Positions 58,169 through 64,000 of a stretch of DNA of 64,000 nt are shown piece by piece (the stretch's first letter is position 1; each line of letters starts with the position of its first letter). The notes below the pieces were generated by a model. The model saw only the letters and a list, made by a program, of their open reading frames with translations. It was not told where the DNA came from and did not search any database. This DNA is from a virus. A program made the position numbers and the translations under genes. Location: the IMG/VR virus record IMGVR_UViG_3300044633_000521; one strand, written 5' to 3'.

Positions 58169-59269
58169 ATGTTAGATGCTATCAAACCATTGTTAGAAAG
58201 TGGCATCATTAATGAAGCTACCCAAGAAGCTATTACAGAAGCTTGGGAAAGTCAAATTAATGAAGCACGTGAGACTGTTCGCGCTGAATTGCGTGAAGAG
58301 TTCGCTCGTCGCTACAATCACGACAAGACAGTAATGGTTGAAGCTCTAGACAAAATGGTCACTGAAAGTCTTACTGCCGAACTTAAAGAGTTCGCTAGTG
58401 AGAAACAAGCTCTAGCAGAAGATCGTGTGAACTTTAAACGTCACATGGTTGAAAGCGCAGGCAAATTTAATAACTTTATGGTTACTAAACTAGCTGAAGA
58501 GATCAAAGAACTACGTTCAGATCGCAAAATTCAAAACGAAGCAACTGCTAAGTTAGAAAAATTTGTTATCCGTGCGCTAGCTGAAGAGATCAAAGAGTTT
58601 GACCAAGACAAGAAAGATGTTATCGCAACTAAAGTTAAACTTGTAGCAGAAGCTAAAACTAAATTAGCAGCTCTACAACAAGACTTTATTGGCCGTAGTG
58701 CTCGTCTTGTTAAGGAAGCAGTGGCAACCAATCTAGGGACAGAATTGACCCAACTAAAAGAAGATATCCAAGCGGCTCGTGAGAACATGTTTGGTCGTCG
58801 CCTATTTGAAGCGTTTGCTAGTGAATTTGCTGTTACTCACTTAAATGAGAACAAAGAATTTGCTAAACTTCAAGCACAGTTAGCTAAGAAAGACGCTATC
58901 ATTGCTGAAAGTAAAAAAGCAATAGCTGAAAAAGAAACTTTAGTTGAATCTAAAGAAAAAGAAATCCGTGTAATCACTGAAAGTGCTGGCCGTAAGGACA
59001 CACTAACAGAATTATTAGGACCACTAAATAAAGAGAAAGCTGCGATAATGACCAGTCTACTCGAAAACGTACAGACTGAGAAACTCAGATCTGCTTACGA
59101 TAAGTATCTACCAGCAGTTCTAAATAACTCTCCAGCTAAGCCAAAGGCCGACAAGCCAATGCTTGCTGAAAGTAAAGTAGAAGTAACTGGTGATAAATCT
59201 GCTAAAACAGACGCTCAAGTAATCGACAACAATGTTGTTGACATTAAGCGTTTAGCAGGGCTAAAGTAA
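58169..59269 (+). CDS. gp22: Prohead scaffolding protein (gp22-like)
   Basis: Coiled-coil, Glu/Lys/Ala-rich; GRRLFEAFASEF; between protease and capsid genes. Confidence 0.85.
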   Translation: MLDAIKPLLESGIINEATQEAITEAWESQINEARETVRAELREEFARRYNHDKTVMVEALDKMVTESLTAELKEFASEKQALAEDRVNFKRHMVESAGKFNNFMVTKLAEEIKELRSDRKIQNEATAKLEKFVIRALAEEIKEFDQDKKDVIATKVKLVAEAKTKLAALQQDFIGRSARLVKEAVATNLGTELTQLKEDIQAARENMFGRRLFEAFASEFAVTHLNENKEFAKLQAQLAKKDAIIAESKKAIAEKETLVESKEKEIRVITESAGRKDTLTELLGPLNKEKAAIMTSLLENVQTEKLRSAYDKYLPAVLNNSPAKPKADKPMLAESKVEVTGDKSAKTDAQVIDNNVVDIKRLAGLK

Positions 59270-59299
59270 TACAAACTTTTATAAAAGGAAGATAAAGAA

Positions 59300-60475
59300 A
59301 TGACAACCCAACTATTAGAAGGCCGTTGGAACGAGACCAAAGACGCCCTGTTAGAAGGTCTACAAGGTTCGAAAAGAACCACAATGGCTGTAATTTTAGA
59401 AAACACTAAGAAGCACTTGATGGAAACAGCATCTAGTGGCGCAACTGCAGTAGGTAACGTTGCTACACTAAACCGCGTAATCCTTCCGGTAATTCGTCGT
59501 GTTATGCCAACAGTTATCGCTAACGAAATCGTTGGTGTACAACCTATGACTGGCCCAGTAGCACAAATCCACACATTACGTGTACGTTACGCTGATAGCG
59601 TAAGTGCAGGTACTTCAGGTGCTGATGCTACTACAGCTGGTGATGAAGCATTATCACCATTCCGCATTGCTACTGCTTACTCAGGCGCATCAACAGGTAA
59701 AGCTACTTCAACTAGCTCACTTGAAGGCGTTCCAGGTAACCGTATCAACGTTCAAATCTTGAAACAAGTTGTTGAAGCTAAAACACGTAAACTAAGCGCA
59801 CGTTGGACTTTTGAGGCAGCTCAAGACGCACAATCTATGCACGGTTTAGATGTTGAAGCAGAAATCATGGCAGCTTTGGCTCAAGAAATTACTGTTGAAA
59901 TTGATCAAGAAATCTTAGCTAGTCTACGTGCTCTTTCATACTCAACATATAGCTACAACCAAGCTACTGTTTCTGGTACTGCTACATTCGTAGGTGACGA
60001 GCACGCTGCTCTTGCTGTTTTAATTAACCGCGCAGCTAACTTGATCGCTCAACGTACACGTCGTGGCGCTGGTAACTGGGCTGTTGTATCTGCAGCAGCA
60101 TTAACAGTTCTTCAATCTGCTACTACTTCAGCTTTTGCTCGTAGTACAGAAGGTACATTTGAAGCTCCAACAAACACTAAATTTGTTGGTACATTGAATG
60201 GCGCTATGAAGATCTACGTTGATGGTTATGCTTCAGACAGCACACCAGTATTAGTAGGTTACAAAGGTTCTTCAGAAGCTGACGCTGCAGCGTTCTACTG
60301 CCCATACGTTCCATTAATGAGCAGTGGTGTTGTTCTTGATCCAGCTACTTTTGAACCAGTAGTAGGCTTCATGACACGTTATGGTTATGTAGAGTTAAGC
60401 AACACTGCTTCATCTCTAGGTAACGCAGCTGACTACTTAGAAGAAGTTGGTGTAAGCAACCTATCATTCCAATAA
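59300..60475 (+). CDS. gp23: Major capsid protein (gp23)
   Basis: VIRRVMPTVIANEIVGVQPMTGP, VEAKTRKLSARWTFEAAQD, FYCPYVPL, FMTRYG. Confidence 0.97.
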   Translation: MTTQLLEGRWNETKDALLEGLQGSKRTTMAVILENTKKHLMETASSGATAVGNVATLNRVILPVIRRVMPTVIANEIVGVQPMTGPVAQIHTLRVRYADSVSAGTSGADATTAGDEALSPFRIATAYSGASTGKATSTSSLEGVPGNRINVQILKQVVEAKTRKLSARWTFEAAQDAQSMHGLDVEAEIMAALAQEITVEIDQEILASLRALSYSTYSYNQATVSGTATFVGDEHAALAVLINRAANLIAQRTRRGAGNWAVVSAAALTVLQSATTSAFARSTEGTFEAPTNTKFVGTLNGAMKIYVDGYASDSTPVLVGYKGSSEADAAAFYCPYVPLMSSGVVLDPATFEPVVGFMTRYGYVELSNTASSLGNAADYLEEVGVSNLSFQ

Positions 60476-60499
60476 GATTAAAACCTTAAAGGTACGATT

Positions 60500-60526
60500 A
60501 AAAAAAGCCCCGCAAGGGGCTTTTTT
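60500..60526. terminator. Bidirectional intrinsic terminator
   Basis: A7-GCCCC-GCAA-GGGGC-T6 between convergent genes. Confidence 0.9.
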
Positions 60527-60531
60527 GTTGG

Positions 60532-60861
60532 CTACGCATAATATTCAAACCGCTCTGTAATATCGTAACCATCCTTACGTTTAGCATTTCTTACAGCTTG
60601 TAGTAACGTGTTAGCATCTGTTTGACAAAAGTTAGGATGCTTAAAATTCCACGCACGCTTGCTTTCTGCTTTGTCTAAACAATATAACAAATCCATCTTA
60701 ATATCAAAACTTTTAGTAGTTCTAAGTAAGTCGTTCATATCTTGTATGTCTAAAAAATACTCTACATATTTCTTAGTAGCATTAATAGTGTTATAGTTTG
60801 TATCTCCGCCTCTAAAAGCGGGCTTAATTCCTTTGTATTTTGCATTATACCAAGTCATCAT
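60532..60861 (-). CDS. Hypothetical protein (early-promoter gene inside the late region)
   Basis: 109 aa, SD AAGGAG, own sigma70 promoter. Confidence 0.75.
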   Translation of the reverse strand: MMTWYNAKYKGIKPAFRGGDTNYNTINATKKYVEYFLDIQDMNDLLRTTKSFDIKMDLLYCLDKAESKRAWNFKHPNFCQTDANTLLQAVRNAKRKDGYDITERFEYYA

Positions 60862-60885
60862 ACTCTCCTTAACTAACGAAGTGCT

Positions 60886-60914
60886 ATTGTACTATCTTTT
60901 AGAGTAAAAGTCAA
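60886..60914 (-). promoter_or_regulatory. Sigma70 promoter
   Basis: TTGACT (60914-909), 17 nt, TACAAT (60891-886). Confidence 0.75.
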
Positions 60915-60930
60915 TATACGATAAATACTT

Positions 60931-60984
60931 TGTTCGCTCTTGAATGAGAGTTTATGCGGTCCCCACCGCGTAGGCGTTAGAACG
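60931..60984 (+). promoter_or_regulatory. Structured 5' leader (three-way junction) of a late virion gene
   Basis: TGTTC/GAACG closes CTCTT-GAAT-GAGAG and TTATGCGGT-CCCC-ACCGCGTAG; lies right after GATAAATA (60920-27). Confidence 0.55.
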
Positions 60985-61006
60985 CTAATTATAAAAGGAG
61001 AAACAA

Positions 61007-61960
61007 ATGGGACGTCCTATTAAGAAAAAGTTTTTTGGTTCAGATAATGTTAATGACAGTCTAACCTACAGTGATGCTGGTGGTGAAGGTCTATCAAGCA
61101 TTACATTAACAAATCGTGGTTCAGCTTATTCACAAGGTTTAACGGCTACAGTAGCAGTTAGTCCAATTGGTGGCACTCGCGCTACAATTACTGTTGGTAT
61201 AAGTACAGCCAATGGTCGTATTGACACAACATCAATCACTGAAGCAGGCACAGGCTATACAACAGCACCTGTTATTAGTTTAGTTAAACCAGGTAACGTT
61301 GTAGTTACTGGTACAACAGCATATCCAGCAAACGCTAACGTTACAGTTTCAAGCGTGGCAGGGTTATATGTTGGTATGACTGCTAATACAGGATTCACAG
61401 CAGGTACAACAATTGTAGCAATTGAACAATACGGTACAGGCGTTGTTACAATGAGTGCCACAAACAATGCGGCTAAATCTGCAGCAGGTATTACATTCTG
61501 GGATAACGGTGTAAGCGGTAGTTTAACAGCAGTTCGCGCTAGTGTAATTACTACTGCTAACACAATCCAAGCTAACGCATGGACAACTAACGGCACTATC
61601 GGCTCACAAGCAGACATTGTATCACAACGTAGTTCACGTCGTTACAGAGTTACTAATACTGACGGTACTGCGGTAGTTCGTTTAGTTCCAACAGGGGTTA
61701 ATGGTGTTAATAGTCCAACAGTAGCGCAAGTTATTGCTGCAGGTGGCCCAACAGCCGCAGGTGAAATGACATTACTTGCTACAGACAGTGATGGTGGAGT
61801 TTACTTAGTTGGTAAATTAGAATCACGTACTGCTCTATTATTCCCAGCTGCAATTGGTGGTACCGCAGGTGTACAGTTTACTGCAAACAGCCATGCTAGA
61901 TGGACTTCAACCGGTGCTGCAGTAGCAGGCACAACAGTTAAAATTTCATCAAACGACTAA
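61007..61960 (+). CDS. Virion structural protein (head/neck-associated?)
   Basis: MGRPIKKKFFG N-terminus, Thr/Gly/Ala-rich, SD AAGGAG, own late promoter and terminator. Confidence 0.65.
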   Translation: MGRPIKKKFFGSDNVNDSLTYSDAGGEGLSSITLTNRGSAYSQGLTATVAVSPIGGTRATITVGISTANGRIDTTSITEAGTGYTTAPVISLVKPGNVVVTGTTAYPANANVTVSSVAGLYVGMTANTGFTAGTTIVAIEQYGTGVVTMSATNNAAKSAAGITFWDNGVSGSLTAVRASVITTANTIQANAWTTNGTIGSQADIVSQRSSRRYRVTNTDGTAVVRLVPTGVNGVNSPTVAQVIAAGGPTAAGEMTLLATDSDGGVYLVGKLESRTALLFPAAIGGTAGVQFTANSHARWTSTGAAVAGTTVKISSND

Positions 61961-61973
61961 TTTTAGTCAAAGT

Positions 61974-62004
61974 AAAAATAGCACCTTTGGGTGCTATTTT
62001 TTTT
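61974..62004 (+). terminator. Intrinsic terminator
   Basis: AAAAATAGCACC-TTTG-GGTGCTATTTTT followed by further Ts. Confidence 0.85.
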
Positions 62005-62056
62005 GAATACACACTTCAGACATATAGCATAAATAATAAAAACTGGATAAATTAGA

Positions 62057-62605
62057 ATGGCAACAGTTAAAAAACTTAATTCATCATATACAATCGATAC
62101 TACCGACGTATATCTTACTGGTAATTTACACGTTAAAGGTGTATACGATACAACCACAGTAACTAATACAAATGTAGAGGATAGAGACATCACCCTTAAT
62201 GCTGGTGAAACAGCAGCAGGGGTTGGTGGCGCTAGCCCGGTCGACGCTCATCTTTATATAGATAGAGGTACACTCGGCAACGCAGCCATTCGATGGAATG
62301 AAACATCGGACTCTTGGGAAATTTCTAGCAACATCGACGTGGGCTACAGTGCCTTAACTGGTGGCGGAATTTCAGAGGTAGTACAAGATACTAGTCCGCA
62401 ACTAGGCGGCAACTTAGAAACAAATAGTTTTAATATTCAATTTAATGCTCCTACTTACCTACCAACAGGTGTTACAGGTAAAGTTAATCTATATAGCGGT
62501 TCAGTCAGCGGTGGCCAAAGTGGATTATATGTAGTGAACGAAGTAGTAGCGAACCAGGAATTAATTACAAAAACTAGGGCATTTGGTCTCAGTTTAATTT
62601 TATAG
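62057..62605 (+). CDS. Virion/fibre-like structural protein
   Basis: VEDRDITLNAGE, IDRG...IRWNETSDSW, DTSPQLGGNL fibre motifs. Confidence 0.65.
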   Translation: MATVKKLNSSYTIDTTDVYLTGNLHVKGVYDTTTVTNTNVEDRDITLNAGETAAGVGGASPVDAHLYIDRGTLGNAAIRWNETSDSWEISSNIDVGYSALTGGGISEVVQDTSPQLGGNLETNSFNIQFNAPTYLPTGVTGKVNLYSGSVSGGQSGLYVVNEVVANQELITKTRAFGLSLIL

Positions 62606-62614
62606 GAATAAACC

Positions 62615-62926
62615 ATGTCAGTAAGAAATACAACATTATCAACATCCCCAGCAAATATCTATGCTAGTTCAGGTAATACAGTAGTATCAACAATGTACTT
62701 TTGTAATACTGACGCGACAGCTAGAAATCTTTCGCTATGGGTTATTCCAGCACCGGGGCTAGCAGCTAATGCTACGGTGATAGTATATAACAATGTACAA
62801 ATTGCCAGCGGTGACACATTTGTAGTAGACATGGAAAAATTAGTATTAGGTCACGATGACCAAATTAAAGCTAATATCGATTCTGGAACATCAGTTACTG
62901 CTACAGTAAGCTACGTGGGAATCTAA
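62615..62926 (+). CDS. Small virion structural protein
   Basis: 103-aa beta-rich ORF, SD AGGA. Confidence 0.6.
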   Translation: MSVRNTTLSTSPANIYASSGNTVVSTMYFCNTDATARNLSLWVIPAPGLAANATVIVYNNVQIASGDTFVVDMEKLVLGHDDQIKANIDSGTSVTATVSYVGI

Positions 62927-62927
62927 T

Positions 62928-63359
62928 ATGGGACACATGCTAAAGAACACAGTTATTAAAACTGGCAGTTATGCGATAGGGTTACCTAACAAAGGTTCGT
63001 CAACAATTACTCCTGATCATGCGGTAGCTGGCCAAGTTCGATGGAATTCTAGTACAAGTAAATTAGAATACACACCAAACGGATCAACGTGGCAAGCAGT
63101 GGCACGCGAAGGTGTATCTAATATATTTGTGGATAACAGTGCTATAGGTGATGGCGCTAACACGGTTATCAATTCAATGACAGTTAGCTACGCTGCCGGC
63201 CGCGAAGCAGAGGTATTAGTTCATGTAGGTACAGTATATCAGATACCGTCTACTAACTATGAGTTTTTAGGTAACACTGCTATTAAATTTTCAAGTGCAC
63301 CTAGTCCAGGGGCAGCTATAACAATCGTTCATAATTATGGTAATACGATAGTCAATTAG
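62928..63359 (+). CDS. Virion structural protein
   Basis: GQVRWNSSTSKLEY; VHVGTVYQIP..NY...IKFSSAP module. Confidence 0.6.
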   Translation: MGHMLKNTVIKTGSYAIGLPNKGSSTITPDHAVAGQVRWNSSTSKLEYTPNGSTWQAVAREGVSNIFVDNSAIGDGANTVINSMTVSYAAGREAEVLVHVGTVYQIPSTNYEFLGNTAIKFSSAPSPGAAITIVHNYGNTIVN

Positions 63360-63391
63360 TCCTCAGATAAATATTAAAAGAGGACCAATAA

Positions 63392-64000
63392 ATGGCAATT
63401 AGTCGTGTTCCGGGATATTCACTATTACCCGATCTAGATAGACAAGGCATAGATCTACAGTTTACCACGACTGGTAATGCCCTAGTCTACATGGACTTTG
63501 CCAATTTCCGTTTAGGCGTTAACACAGAGTCCCCATCACAAGAATTAGAAGTTGCTGGTAATATATTAATTACCAGTGGTGACTTACTAACATCCGGCAA
63601 TCTATTACACAACATAGGCAGTCCCGCCAATTGGTGGAATACTGTATACGCAAACAGTATAGTTGCTGGCAGCTTTGTGTCAACAACTTTATCAGGTGTT
63701 CTGTTAACCAACGCACAACCAAACATAACTAGCTTAGGTTCATTGATATCATTGGATGTAAGCGGCAATGTAATAGTATCGGGTCAACTATTGCCGGCAT
63801 CAAATGCCTCTGGTTCGATAGGCAATACTAGTTTATGGTGGAATACTTTGTATGCTAATACGATCACTGCCTTAAATATCAATGGAACAGTATTAACTTC
63901 AAATCAACCCTATATCAGCAACCTTGGTAATATTAATGTTGATAGTATCACCATTGGTGGAAATATTTCTATCACAGGTAATACTAACGGCGGTGTTATT
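63392..64000 (+). CDS. Tail-fibre-like protein, truncated by the window end
   Basis: Not in the track. MAISRVPGYSLLPDLDRQG...RLGVNTESPSQELEVAGN...IGSPANWWNTVYAN...AQPNITSLG; open to the end of the window; SD GAGG and late promoter upstream. Confidence 0.75.
   Translation, partial: MAISRVPGYSLLPDLDRQGIDLQFTTTGNALVYMDFANFRLGVNTESPSQELEVAGNILITSGDLLTSGNLLHNIGSPANWWNTVYANSIVAGSFVSTTLSGVLLTNAQPNITSLGSLISLDVSGNVIVSGQLLPASNASGSIGNTSLWWNTLYANTITALNINGTVLTSNQPYISNLGNINVDSITIGGNISITGNTNGGVI

Noticed and set aside
2505-63768. Short antisense or nested ORFs in the track (e.g. 2505..2978, 19997..20536, 52530..52979, 59215..59574, 63487..63768)
   Set aside because: They are shadows of long, motif-supported genes on the other strand and have no SD, promoter or recognisable motif.
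1-64000. Stop-codon reassignment, as in some large phages
   Set aside because: Core genes are full length in the standard code, and TAG (e.g. 44800, 4318) and TGA (e.g. 46536, 47999) end genes normally.

Overview
This window is 64 kb of an AT-rich, T4-superfamily (myovirus-type, probably large or jumbo) phage genome using the standard genetic code. The minus-strand left arm (1-42.3 kb) holds a family-B DNA polymerase flanked by five radical-SAM enzymes and three glycosyltransferase-like genes. It continues with tail-fibre genes and a baseplate module (a 4740-aa giant protein plus gp6-, gp25-, gp5-, hub-, gp53- and gp48/54-like genes). The right arm, mostly plus strand, holds the late sigma factor gp55 and Mre11/Rad50 (gp47/gp46) separated by accessory radical-SAM cassettes, an Hc1-like basic protein, and a minimal GIY-YIG nuclease followed by a ~500-nt ORF-free, densely base-paired region. 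It ends with a gp26/gp51-like pair, the tape measure, portal, prohead core/protease/scaffold, major capsid and further virion genes. Most notable: (1) a candidate large structured ncRNA (multi-way junction, pseudoknot, G.U pairs favouring the + strand) directly behind the stand-alone GIY-YIG domain, possibly a nuclease-RNA system; (2) seven radical-SAM enzymes with glycosyltransferases, a candidate unknown modification pathway; (3) a -1 slippery site that fuses the gp26- and gp51-like ORFs; (4) repeated leaderless promoter-ATG geometry; (5) a T4 gene-43-type operator hairpin and a three-way-junction leader RNA. All assignments come from motif recognition by eye; no database searches or folding programs were run.
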